A stretch of DNA of 64,000 bases from an uncultured delta proteobacterium (GTDB lineage Bacteria > Myxococcota > Kuafuiibacteriia > Kuafuiibacteriales > Kuafuiibacteriaceae). Under the pieces are notes generated by a model that was not told the DNA's origin, searched no databases, and was given only the letters and a program-made list of their open reading frames with translations. The DNA lies in contig CAWDML010000003.1 of the NCBI GenBank assembly GCA_963803435.1, positions 864,001 to 928,000 on the forward strand, in the 5' to 3' direction. Of the stretch, positions 37,497 to 47,292 are shown one piece after another. The position numbers and the translations under genes were made by a program. Position 1 is the first letter of the stretch. Every line of letters starts with the position of its first letter.

Positions 37497-40415
37497 GTGG
37501 CTCACATCATCGACGAAAGGAACGTCCCCGCTCGACCGAGGTGGCAGAGTGCGCTCGAGCGGCTGAAACCCAGATCCGATCCCGCGGTCGATCAGGTGCA
37601 GGCGGTCTTTTCCTCCGAGCGGAAGAGCCGTCTCCATTACGAGCTGAACCTGCGCGAAAGCAGGCTTCGCGATCAGCTCATCATCGACTTCATGGAGCGG
37701 GAGCTTGACGCCGAGGGCCGCCTCGGACCGATCCGCCCCCTCGAGATCGACGAGGTCGGGATCGAGTCCCTCTCCGCCGGGGAGGACCGGGCGCTCCTCC
37801 GCCTGCTGCTGGGCAACGTGGCGGAGGACCGGAATCGGGCCCGCCTGGAGCACAAGCTGACCTATTCACGGAGCGTGGTCCGGCCCGGGATGTACGACAC
37901 GGTGCTCGCCCGCCTGAGCGCCAGCAAGCGGTTCTTCCAGGAGACGATGATGGATGCGTCGGTCGAGCCGGTGGCGCTCGTGTTCGACGACGGCGAGCCC
38001 TTCGGCTTCGCGCTCCACGTCGAGTCCGCGGAGGAGGGCTACAAGCTCTGGGGCCGGCTCGTCCGCGAGGACGAGGCCATCGACCTGGCCGCGCCCCAGC
38101 TGATCCTCTCGGGCGGTCTGGCGGTGCTCGGCGCGGACGGTGGAAGCGCCGTCCGTCTGGTCCGGTTCGAGTGCGCCGAGGCGTTCGACTGGATCTACCG
38201 GCTCCATCGCCAGGGGCCGATCGTGGTCCCGCACGAGGCCAAGGACGAGTTCCTGATCCAGCTCGCCGCGATGCCCGATCTCCCGGACGTGGAGCTGCCG
38301 CCGGAGCTCCACTGGTCGAAAGCAAAGATCGCGCCGCGCCCGCGGGTCGTCTTTGCGCCGGTTCAAGGCGAGACCAAGGTGGTGATCGGGACCGTCGAGT
38401 TCGACTACGCGGGGCAGGTGGTCGGCGCCGGCTCGGCCCGCACGTCGGTGGCCGATCAGGAGGGCCGGCGTATCTTCCGCCGCGACGGTCGCGCCGAACG
38501 CAAGCTGATCGAACGGCTCAAGTCGCTCGGGCTGGAGGCCGCGGGCCCGGCCGAGGTGAAGATCGCGACGCGCGATCTGGGCGCAGTGATCCGGACGCTG
38601 GTGGAGGAGGGCTGGTACATCGAAGCCGAGGGCGCGCCGGTCCGCGCCGCCACCGGCAGCCTGAAGTCGAAGGTCTGCTCCGGGATCGATTGGTTCGATC
38701 TGGAGGGCGAGCTCGAGTTCGGCGACGTCTCCGCCTCGCTTCCCGAGCTGCTCGAGGCGGCGGCCGCCGGCAGCGGCTTCGTGCGGCTTCCCGACGGCTC
38801 GCGCGGTCTGCTGCCGGATTGGCTCGACCGCTACGCCTCGCTCGCTCACGCGGCCAAGCGGGAGGGGCAGCGCCTCCGCTTCCTCCCCTCACAGGCCGGG
38901 ATCATCGACGCGCTCCTGACCGGACACGCCGAGGCGGACGTCGACGTGAAGTACGAGCGCGTGCGTCAGGCGCTGGCCGCAGGCGGCCGCGGCACGCTCC
39001 CGGGAGAGCCACCCGGCTTCTTCGGCAAGCTCCGGCCCTACCAGAAGGAGGGCCTCGCCTGGCTCCGCTTCCTCGAGACCTCCGGCTACGGCGGATGTCT
39101 GGCCGACGACATGGGGCTGGGCAAGACCGTGCAGGTGCTGGCGATGCTGCAGGCGCGGCACCGGCCCTCGGCGACGGGCAAGCGCAAGCGGGCGCCCTCG
39201 TTGATCGTCGTCCCGCGCAGCCTGGTGCACAACTGGATCTCGGAGTCGGCCAAGTTCACGCCGGCGATGAAGGCGCTCGACTACACCGGAGGCGACCGCA
39301 AGAAGCACACCGAGCACCTCCAGGACTACGACCTGATCGTCACCACGTACGGCACGCTGCGGCAGGACGTCCTCGATCTGCTGGAGACGAAGTTCTCCAC
39401 GGTGATCCTCGACGAGGCCCAAGCGATCAAGAACCCCACCTCGCAGGCGGCGAAGGCGTGCCGCCTGATCCGCGCAGATCACCGGCTGGCGATCACCGGC
39501 ACGCCCGTCGAGAACAACCTCGACGAGCTCTGGTCGATCTTCGAGTTCCTGAGCCCCGGCCTGCTCGGTCGCTTCGAGGACTTCTCGGCGAACGGGAAGG
39601 CGGCCGACGACGCCTGGCTCGACATGCTCGCGACCTCGCTCAAGCCGTTCATGCTCCGTCGCACCAAGGAGCAGGTGCTCAAGGAGCTGCCGAAGAAGAC
39701 CGAGCAGACGATCGCGGTGGAGCTGAAGTCGTCCGAGCGCGACGCCTATGACGAGCTACGCGACTACTACCGCGGCGTTCTCAGCCGGAAGATCGACGAG
39801 GTCGGGTTCGGCCGCGCCAAGATCCAGGTCCTCGAGGCGCTGCTGCGGCTGCGCCAGGCCGCCTGTCACCCCGGCCTCATCGACGCGGATCGCATGGATG
39901 AGCCCTCCGCCAAGATCGACGCGCTGATGGACATGCTCGAGGAGGTGACCCGCGCCGGTCACAAGGCGCTGGTCTTCTCCCAGTTCACCACGCTCCTCGA
40001 GATCGTGCGGCGTCGGGTGGAGCGCTCGAGCATCGCGTACTGCTACCTGGACGGCGCCACCCGCGACCGCCGAGGCGTCTGCGATCGGTTCCAGACCGAT
40101 CCGTCGTTGAAGGTGTTCCTCATCAGCCTCAAGGCGGGCGGCTGCGGGCTCAACCTGACGGCGAGCGACTATGTCTTCATCCTCGATCCCTGGTGGAACC
40201 CGGCCGTAGAGTCGCAGGCGATCGATCGAGCCCACCGTATGGGGCAGAAGAACAAGGTCTTCGCGTACCGGCTGATCGCCAGCGAGACGGTCGAGGAGAA
40301 GATCGTGGGGCTCCAGGACGAGAAGCGGAAGCTGGCCGACGCGATCGTCACGGCGGACGGCAAGGGCCTGCGGGATCTGACGGCGAAGGATCTCGATTCG
40401 CTGTTCGGGGCTTAG
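37497..40415 (+). CDS. SNF2/SWI2-family ATPase
   Basis: LRPYQ, LADDMGLGKT, DEAQ, TGTPVEN, LRRTK, FSQF, GLNL, QAIDRAHRMGQ. Confidence 0.96.
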   Translation: MAHIIDERNVPARPRWQSALERLKPRSDPAVDQVQAVFSSERKSRLHYELNLRESRLRDQLIIDFMERELDAEGRLGPIRPLEIDEVGIESLSAGEDRALLRLLLGNVAEDRNRARLEHKLTYSRSVVRPGMYDTVLARLSASKRFFQETMMDASVEPVALVFDDGEPFGFALHVESAEEGYKLWGRLVREDEAIDLAAPQLILSGGLAVLGADGGSAVRLVRFECAEAFDWIYRLHRQGPIVVPHEAKDEFLIQLAAMPDLPDVELPPELHWSKAKIAPRPRVVFAPVQGETKVVIGTVEFDYAGQVVGAGSARTSVADQEGRRIFRRDGRAERKLIERLKSLGLEAAGPAEVKIATRDLGAVIRTLVEEGWYIEAEGAPVRAATGSLKSKVCSGIDWFDLEGELEFGDVSASLPELLEAAAAGSGFVRLPDGSRGLLPDWLDRYASLAHAAKREGQRLRFLPSQAGIIDALLTGHAEADVDVKYERVRQALAAGGRGTLPGEPPGFFGKLRPYQKEGLAWLRFLETSGYGGCLADDMGLGKTVQVLAMLQARHRPSATGKRKRAPSLIVVPRSLVHNWISESAKFTPAMKALDYTGGDRKKHTEHLQDYDLIVTTYGTLRQDVLDLLETKFSTVILDEAQAIKNPTSQAAKACRLIRADHRLAITGTPVENNLDELWSIFEFLSPGLLGRFEDFSANGKAADDAWLDMLATSLKPFMLRRTKEQVLKELPKKTEQTIAVELKSSERDAYDELRDYYRGVLSRKIDEVGFGRAKIQVLEALLRLRQAACHPGLIDADRMDEPSAKIDALMDMLEEVTRAGHKALVFSQFTTLLEIVRRRVERSSIAYCYLDGATRDRRGVCDRFQTDPSLKVFLISLKAGGCGLNLTASDYVFILDPWWNPAVESQAIDRAHRMGQKNKVFAYRLIASETVEEKIVGLQDEKRKLADAIVTADGKGLRDLTAKDLDSLFGA

Positions 40416-40624
40416 AACCGGGGCCAAAACCGTTCCGTTCGCTCTTCCGTGTTGCACTTGTTCTGGCATTCGCTGTTCGTCTTCAGCTCATGAAGGGCGA
40501 TGACATCGCGGATCGGTCGCCCATCCGTACGCTTCTGCAGGAGCGATCCGTCTCCATGAACAGCGAATGCCAGAACGCCGAAACACAGAACAGCGAACGG
40601 TTCGGAGGTTTTCGGACCGGTTCT
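40414..40624. repeat. Long nested inverted-repeat element between convergent genes
   Basis: Perfect 19-bp IR 40460-40478/40558-40576; outer pairs AGAACCGG/CCGGTTCT, AAAACC/GGTTTT, CCGTTCGCT/AGCGAACGG. Confidence 0.85.
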
Positions 40625-40635
40625 TGGTAGCTCGC

Positions 40636-41763
40636 TCAACGGTGGCGCGGCGTGCAGCCGTCGATCATCGCCTGGATCGCCACCCGCTCACCCGTGCCGA
40701 GCCCCTCGCCCCGGCAGCCGTCGGCCTGCGAGTAGCAGTGGTAGGCGGTGTCGGAAGTGATCTGCTGATAGTAGAGCTGCGCCATCGCGGTGACGGCGGT
40801 CGACATGTTCGTGCAGTCGAAGAACTCGACGCGCGTGTTCGGATAGTCGTACGTCCCGCCGAAGGCGATGCTGTCGTCTCGCCATCGCTCGAGGTCCGAG
40901 GACGGGACGTCGGTGCTCCCGCAGGTCAGCGGCGCCATGTTCTCCCAGGCCCCGACCTTGGCCGGCAGCCTCATGGTGACCGTCTGACCGCAGACCGTCG
41001 CTGTCGCGGGCGCGTCGCCATCGCATCCGAGATCGATCCGCGCGAAGGGTGGTCCCGAGAGCTCGTTGACGTAGTCGAGCGCGTCGGCGAGCCCATAGTG
41101 GGTCAGGGCGTAGCCGATCTGCGCGGACCCGCCCGACTTGCCCTCGGCGCAGAAGGCTCGGGCGCGACTGCCGCCGTGGAGGGTCGGGTCCTCGAACACC
41201 CACCGGAGGATGGTGGCCGGCCGGCAGGCGGCGGTCTTGATCCCGGAGCCGGCCGTCTGCTCCCAGTCGGAGGCCCAGGACACGAAGATCTGGTCGAAGC
41301 CCTCCGCTCGATATTCGTCGGTGCCGGTGGTCAGGAATCCCTCTCCGCCGCCGCCCTTGAAGTGCGTGATCGTTCCGCGCGCGGGGGCCGCCGCCAAGAG
41401 GATCATGATCGTCGCGTCGATCGCCTCGTCCTCGATCTGCGGGCAGCCGCGCACGGTGACCTGCTTGCAGGTCGCGCCGCTGGGCGCACCGGCCGGGCAG
41501 GCGCGAAGGTCGCGAACGTCGGCGACCGTACCGGTCCCCGTGATCGCGGTGCCGGCGTCCAGCGCAGCGCCCGCGTCCCGCGACGCGGCGACGCCGGCGT
41601 CGGGCGTCTCGCCAGCGTCCCCGTCCCCGGCCGCACCGCCATCGGGCGCAGCGGCGGCCGATGCATCGGTCGTCACGGTGTCACCCTTCGCCAGGCCGCC
41701 CGGTGTTGGCGCCGTGCAGGCGGCCAAGGTCAAGCAGCAGAGCGATTGCAACGTGTTCTTCAT
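40636..41763 (-). CDS. Lipoprotein, probable alpha/beta-hydrolase-like
   Basis: Lipobox LAAC, D/A/G-rich linker, 'KGGGG' oxyanion-like segment and 'GKSGG' GxSxG elbow; GAGAGG RBS. Confidence 0.6.
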   Translation of the reverse strand: MKNTLQSLCCLTLAACTAPTPGGLAKGDTVTTDASAAAAPDGGAAGDGDAGETPDAGVAASRDAGAALDAGTAITGTGTVADVRDLRACPAGAPSGATCKQVTVRGCPQIEDEAIDATIMILLAAAPARGTITHFKGGGGEGFLTTGTDEYRAEGFDQIFVSWASDWEQTAGSGIKTAACRPATILRWVFEDPTLHGGSRARAFCAEGKSGGSAQIGYALTHYGLADALDYVNELSGPPFARIDLGCDGDAPATATVCGQTVTMRLPAKVGAWENMAPLTCGSTDVPSSDLERWRDDSIAFGGTYDYPNTRVEFFDCTNMSTAVTAMAQLYYQQITSDTAYHCYSQADGCRGEGLGTGERVAIQAMIDGCTPRHR

Positions 41764-41909
41764 ATCCTCTCCCCACGAACGCGCGGGGGTGGTTCAAGAA
41801 GGGTGCCGGCACGCCCGGGCTCCTCCCGCTCATGCTTCTGCGGACCGATGTCCGCGGGCTCGACGCGCGCACCTGCGGCCGCGAGTCCGCAGATCCCGAG
41901 CGGAGACCC

Positions 41910-43084
41910 TCAGAACTTCACGTAGCAGTGGGTCGCGCCGATGCCGGCGGCGAGCTCCAGGGGCGTGATCTTGCCGTCGCCGTCCGTATCCAGCGCATCA
42001 AAGACGGCGTCCGTGCCGCTCCACTCCTCCCGGGTCACCACGCCGTCGCCGTCGAGGTCGAACGCCTTGAAGAGATTGTCCGCGGCGGTGCAGATGTCGC
42101 GGCCCTCGATGACCTCGATCCGGTCCGCGAGGAAGCTCTCCAGCGACTCGATCGCCTTGCTGAACCCGGTGATGCCCTCGGCGAGCTTCTCGGTCGACAT
42201 CCGATCCTTCTCGTGCAGGTCGCGGAAGACACGCTCACTCATCTCGATCCGGTCGACCTTCGCCTTCTTGGCAGCGTCGGGATCCAGACTGCCGCGGCAG
42301 GGGCTCCTGGATCTCGTGCAGCTCGGCCAGAAACTTGGGCGCGATGGTGAGCAGGTCACAGCCGGCCAGCGCGCGGATCTCGCCGAGCGTGCGGAAGCTC
42401 GCGCCCATGACCTCGGTCTTGTAGCCGAAGTGCTTGTAGTACTCGTAGATCTGCGTCACCGAGACGACGCCCGGATCCTCGTCGGCTGCGTACTCCGCTT
42501 GCCGGTCTCCTTCTTGTACCAGTCGAGGATACGGCCGACGAACGGAGAGATCAGCGTGACGCCGGCCTCGGCGCACGCGATGGCCTGATGGATCCCGAAG
42601 AGCAGCGTCAGGTTGCAGTGGATGCCTTCCTTCTCCAGCTGCTCGGCGGCACGGATCCCCTCCCACGTCGACGCGATCTTGATCAGCACGCGCTCTCTGG
42701 ACGCGCCCGCGGCCTCGTATTGCGCGATCAGATGCGTGCGCCTTGTCGATGGTCGCCGCGGTGTCGTACGAGAGCCGTGCATCGACCTCGGTCGACACGC
42801 GCCCCGGCACGATCTTGAGGATCCGCAGCCCGAACTCGACCGCAGAGCCGATCGACGGCCGCCCGCGCCACCGCTCGGGTCTCGGCGGAGCCGCCGGCCT
42901 GCCGGCGGGAAAACCGGAGCGCGTCGTCGACGACCCCGCGGTACGCCGGCATCTGCGCCGCCGCGGCGATCAGCGAGGGGTTCGTGGTCGCGTCGCGCGG
43001 CTTGAACTGCTCGATCGCTTCGATATCGCCGGTGTCGGCGACGGCGACCGTCATCTCGATCAGCTGGTCGTAGAGGCTCTTCAC
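41910..43084 (-). CDS. tal: Transaldolase with C-terminal EF-hand pair; at least 4 frameshifts
   Basis: Pieces in successive frames: [57 protein letters not shown]; EF-hands [12 protein letters not shown] and [12 protein letters not shown]. Confidence 0.88.
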
Positions 43085-43103
43085 GCGGGCAGTCTATTCC
43101 GAG

Positions 43104-44462
43104 TCACGGCGGCGTGCACGCCCCTTTGAAGTCGCCGTCGCCGGTGAAGACCGCGTCGTTGCAGGTGTGATTGTTGGCGCTGGTGGCCTCGCATCCGGAC
43201 GGCGTCAGGCTGGAGGTACAGGTCCGGACGCAGACCCCTCCGCTGCCGTCGTCTCCGCAGACCGTGCCCGCCTCGCAGCGGCTCTCTGCCCCGGTGGCGG
43301 TGAGGCAGGGCTCGAGCGGCGGATTCGTGAAGTCCCACTCCGCGATCGGCGGCGTCATGACGTTGAAGCAGAAGGTGAGCGGATAGCCCATCTCGAAGAC
43401 CAGCTCGCGCGTGCAGGTGCTGCCCGCACCGAACGCGCCCGGCCGCGCGCACTCGCTGGGGAACCAGGAGCATTCGTTGCTGCACACGCCGCCCGTGGGG
43501 TTCGCCATGTTGATCTGCCGGCAGACCGCCGGGCCCGCGCCGGGATCGTCGGATGCCGAGCAGTCGGGAGCGGAGAGATCGCAGGTCTCCATGCACATCC
43601 CCGGATCCTTGTTGGCGCTCGGATCGGCCGGGTCGTCGATGCTGTAAGGGATCCCGACGCAGACGAGACTGTCGGTGGCAGACCGATCGCAGAGCCCGAT
43701 CACCGAGCTTCGACTGCAGGTGTCGCCGGGTCCCGCCCGGCGGGCCATGCACAGCCCCGGCGTGGTCTGGCTGTTGAGGATGCCCGGGTTGCAGTACGGG
43801 AACGCGGGCGCGCACGCGTTCGGCCCCGAGGGCGTGTTCGGATCGCACGGACGTCCGCACGAGACCTGGTCGGTCTCGATCAGGAGACCGACGAACGGTG
43901 GGATGCCGATCAGGCCGGGCTCGCACCCGGTCATCGGCACCTGGCGGAGGCGGCTGATGTCGGCCAGCTCGCCCTCGCCGACGTCGCGCGAGACGCAGCC
44001 GGTGCTCCCGCCGAACACCGGACGGCACAGCGTGTTGCCGACGGGCGAGGTGCTGCAATCGTCGTCGCTCGTGCAGGTTCGAACGCAGAGGAACAGTCGA
44101 TCCTGTGGCGCCACCAGCCCGCCGCTGGAGTCGAGGCACACCAGGCCCGGATTGTTGCAGGCGCCGCCGAGCCCGCACAGGCAGCCCTCGTCGCCGTCGG
44201 GGCACGGCGACATGCCCGCGTCCGCTGCACCGGCGTCGTCGATGACGAGGCCTCCGTCCCGAGGAGGGCCGGCGTCGGTGGTGGCAGCGTCCTTCTTGTC
44301 GGGAGGGATGACGCCGGTGTCGCCGGCACCGGCGTCGGGGGCGGCTTCGAACGGCGTTTCGGCGTCCGGACTGGAGTCGGCGGGGACGGCTCCCGGTTCG
44401 CTGCAGGCGACGAGGGAGACGAGAAGGAGGGCAGCCCGGCGCACGCCCGACCGATCATCCAT
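43104..44462 (-). CDS. Cys-rich lipoprotein
   Basis: Lipobox LVAC, DAG-rich linker, many Cys in EGF-like 'C..TC...DC' units. Confidence 0.75.
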   Translation of the reverse strand: MDDRSGVRRAALLLVSLVACSEPGAVPADSSPDAETPFEAAPDAGAGDTGVIPPDKKDAATTDAGPPRDGGLVIDDAGAADAGMSPCPDGDEGCLCGLGGACNNPGLVCLDSSGGLVAPQDRLFLCVRTCTSDDDCSTSPVGNTLCRPVFGGSTGCVSRDVGEGELADISRLRQVPMTGCEPGLIGIPPFVGLLIETDQVSCGRPCDPNTPSGPNACAPAFPYCNPGILNSQTTPGLCMARRAGPGDTCSRSSVIGLCDRSATDSLVCVGIPYSIDDPADPSANKDPGMCMETCDLSAPDCSASDDPGAGPAVCRQINMANPTGGVCSNECSWFPSECARPGAFGAGSTCTRELVFEMGYPLTFCFNVMTPPIAEWDFTNPPLEPCLTATGAESRCEAGTVCGDDGSGGVCVRTCTSSLTPSGCEATSANNHTCNDAVFTGDGDFKGACTPP

Positions 44463-44478
44463 CAGCCGGGCGGCGCGC

Positions 44479-46131
44479 TCAATGCGCGAGCGGGTAGACC
44501 GGCCGCAGGTCGACCGGGACGTTGCCCACGTTGGCCAGGGCCTGCTCCATCGGCTTCGACATCACCCCATAGCGGGCCAGGAGCGCGTCCACCCCGGCCT
44601 TGTCGCCGGCGTGTTGGAGCATGCACAGGTCGGTGACAAGCTTCCCGATCGACTTCTCGAGCTGGTCCATGTTCACGGTGAAGCGCCCGGTCTTCTCGTC
44701 GAAGGTCGCACCGCCCTCCTCGAGGTAGCGGTTGATCTGCATCGCCGCGCCCTGGCCGTGGGCCTCCGCGACGCCGAAGCGGACGCTCCGGAAGAGGCCG
44801 CTGAAGTACGATACCAGGAGCTGGTCGCGGAGCTCCTTGGGGAACTCGCCCTTCTCGATCATGAACAGGATGTTATAGGCGCCCATGACGTCCGCCTTGC
44901 TCTCCTCGATCGCCGAGTAGCTGGCCTCGAGCGCCACGCGGACCTCGACCTCCTTGCCGTCGCGCATCGTGAACGCCGGGCCCAGGCTGTGGCTCAGCTC
45001 GTGGAAGAGGATCTCGTCGAAGAAGGCCTCCGAGGACAGGTACGACAGCTGCGATTCGTTGAGGATCTTCTCGGCGATCGGCCGCATGATCCGATCGAAC
45101 TTGGTCTCGATGATGTTCCTGAGCATCACCTTCTTTGCGCCCTTCTCCTTGCGCACGCGCTCGTCGTTGGGGAGGTTGAACGCGATGGTCTGTACGGACT
45201 TGCGCGCGTCGCCGGACGTGTACACCAGATCGACCACACGGATGGGGCTCTCGCTGCCGCGGACCGTCTTGACCTCGTCGGGGATCGGGAGGTGCTGCTC
45301 CATGTCCGGCAGCAGCTCCTTGTAGTGGGCCAGCTTCTGGGACTCCTTCGGATCGCTCACGGTCACAAAGGACTCGAAGGACGCCTTGAGGCCCATCAGC
45401 TCGTCCTCGTAGGTCTCGTAGGGCCCGATCGTCACCTCGACCATCGACTCGAGATCCATCCAGGCCTTGTCAGACTCGTAGTAGTCGTCGCTCAGGAACG
45501 CGTCGGCGCGGAGCTCGAGGAACCTCTTGAGCGACGCGTTCTGGGTGAGCGCGGCCGCCTCCTTGAGCTTGGCCGCGGCCGGCTTCAACCACTCCGCGTA
45601 CTCCTGGCTGAACGGCACCGCCACCAACTTGTCGCCGTCCCGCTTCACCACGGTGAACAGGCTCTCGAGCGACGCCTTCTGATCCGGGTGCGCCTCGATG
45701 TACGACTTCAGCTCCTCGGCCGTCAGGTCGGGAGGATAGAACCCGGCGCCCTTCGGATGCGGCATCTCGGTGGCGAACGCCGAGAACTCGTTCTGGCGAT
45801 CCCAGGGGCCGCGCATGATGTCGAAGTAGGCGAGCTTGGCCTTCCCCTCCTCGGACTGATCCTTCGCCAGCTTCGCCCGCAGCTCCGGGTTCTGGACGTA
45901 GACCTGCCGATCGAAGACCGGATCGAGGAGCTTGGCCGCCTCGATGATCTTCTCGAGCGCCTCCCGCTCGCTGTCCGGGAGCGCCGCGACGTCGGCGGTC
46001 AGCTCCGCCTCTGCGAACTGAGCGACCTTCATGGTGAGCCCTCCTTCGCCCCGCTCGACGCTGTTCGCTTGAGTAGAAGCGCACGCGCCGAGGAGCGGCG
46101 CGAAGGTGGTGAGCAATGCCAGTGTTCTCAC
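44479..46131 (-). CDS. M49 / dipeptidyl-peptidase III-like zinc peptidase lipoprotein
   Basis: IGPYETYED, AFNLPNDERV, FHELSH, EESKAD; lipobox LGAC. Confidence 0.88.
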   Translation of the reverse strand: MRTLALLTTFAPLLGACASTQANSVERGEGGLTMKVAQFAEAELTADVAALPDSEREALEKIIEAAKLLDPVFDRQVYVQNPELRAKLAKDQSEEGKAKLAYFDIMRGPWDRQNEFSAFATEMPHPKGAGFYPPDLTAEELKSYIEAHPDQKASLESLFTVVKRDGDKLVAVPFSQEYAEWLKPAAAKLKEAAALTQNASLKRFLELRADAFLSDDYYESDKAWMDLESMVEVTIGPYETYEDELMGLKASFESFVTVSDPKESQKLAHYKELLPDMEQHLPIPDEVKTVRGSESPIRVVDLVYTSGDARKSVQTIAFNLPNDERVRKEKGAKKVMLRNIIETKFDRIMRPIAEKILNESQLSYLSSEAFFDEILFHELSHSLGPAFTMRDGKEVEVRVALEASYSAIEESKADVMGAYNILFMIEKGEFPKELRDQLLVSYFSGLFRSVRFGVAEAHGQGAAMQINRYLEEGGATFDEKTGRFTVNMDQLEKSIGKLVTDLCMLQHAGDKAGVDALLARYGVMSKPMEQALANVGNVPVDLRPVYPLAH

Positions 46132-46164
46132 GCCCCAGGGCTTAGGCCGCTCGGAGGCGAAGAC

Positions 46165-46860
46165 TCAAGCGCTTTTCACGTTCTTGAGGGCCTCGCGCTT
46201 GGACAGCCCCGACAAACGGTCCGCATTCTCCGCGACATATCGCGACACCTCGTCCGGCCGATACCAGGCCAGCTCCCGGAGCGCCCAGCCGATCGCCTTC
46301 CGGAGGAAGAACTCGTTGGACCCGATCGACGGCTCGATGCAGTCGTAGAGGAGCTCGAGGTCGGTCTCTCCGTGGAAGCGGTTCTGGCAGAGGATCGCGG
46401 TCCGCCGCTTCCACAGGTCCTTTGATCGGGACCATGTTCGCATCGTTCGCTTCATCGGCGGTGGGTGGGACCGGAGGAGCGCTCCGACGCGGTGAGTCGC
46501 GATGAGATCCACGTAGTCCCACCACGCACCCGCGACGATCATCTCCTCGAGCATCGGCATCGACGCCAGGTCGAGATAGCTCCGATAAGGCCGCCAGCCG
46601 GTGAGCTCGAGCGCGGCGTATCGCACCTCCCGGTGGTGGGCGCCGCGCCAGAGCGCGAGGCAGGTGTCGCGCCAGTCGAGGGCGTCGCGGAGGGTCTCGG
46701 TCGAGAAGGCCTCTTTGCACGCCTCGCGCATGGGCTTCGCCGCGACGCCGAGATACGGCATCTCGGACTTCATGTATGCCTGCATCTGGGGAGCCCGCTC
46801 GGGATCGGCGCGGGCCGCGAGGGCCTGTTCGACGGCGCGGATGAGCTTCGGTCGGATCAC
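46165..46860 (-). CDS. DNA alkylation repair protein (AlkD-like)
   Basis: 'AYMKS.MPYLGV', WWDYVD, 'EFFLRKAIGWALRE', 'LSKREALK'. Confidence 0.9.
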   Translation of the reverse strand: MIRPKLIRAVEQALAARADPERAPQMQAYMKSEMPYLGVAAKPMREACKEAFSTETLRDALDWRDTCLALWRGAHHREVRYAALELTGWRPYRSYLDLASMPMLEEMIVAGAWWDYVDLIATHRVGALLRSHPPPMKRTMRTWSRSKDLWKRRTAILCQNRFHGETDLELLYDCIEPSIGSNEFFLRKAIGWALRELAWYRPDEVSRYVAENADRLSGLSKREALKNVKSA

Positions 46861-46864
46861 GCGA

Positions 46865-47176
46865 TCAGGAGCAGAACAGATTCACGCCGCCCGGGAACTG
46901 GGTGGCACAGGCGTTCATGACGTCGAGGCTACACTCCTTCGAAGCCTCCAGGCAGCGGACGTAGCCTTCGAACTGGCGGAGCTGCGCCTGGTTGCAGGTC
47001 TCGGTCTTCGCCTCGCAGCTCGGATCGGGCGACCAGGTCACGTCGGTCGCGCCGCTCGTGCAGTGTCGTTCGAGCCAGCGATCCTTCCGCTCGCACAGCG
47101 AGGATCGGCACGACGCGGCGAAGACGGGGACCAGGATCGCGAACAGGAGGAGCCCGAGGTGCTTGTTGGTGTCCAT
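46865..47176 (-). CDS. Small Cys-rich lipoprotein
   Basis: MDTNKHLGLLLFAILVPVFAASC; 8 further Cys; TATACT 10 nt upstream. Confidence 0.7.
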   Translation of the reverse strand: MDTNKHLGLLLFAILVPVFAASCRSSLCERKDRWLERHCTSGATDVTWSPDPSCEAKTETCNQAQLRQFEGYVRCLEASKECSLDVMNACATQFPGGVNLFCS

Positions 47177-47292
47177 GCGGCGGTGGAGTATAGGCCGGCG
47201 CCGCCCGCCGAGGAACCCAGCGCGATCCCGTGCGGGCACTCACGGCGGAGGCTGGACTCTCGGCCCGGTCCGAGGGATGACGGCGGGCGGGT

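Noticed and set aside
37497-40415. SNF2 as part of DISARM/Zorya/BREX-type defence
   Set aside because: No methylase, nuclease or other defence genes adjacent
40414-40624. CRISPR array or tRNA
   Set aside because: Repeats are inverted and degenerate, with no repeat-spacer periodicity, no cas genes and no cloverleaf/TTCGA arm
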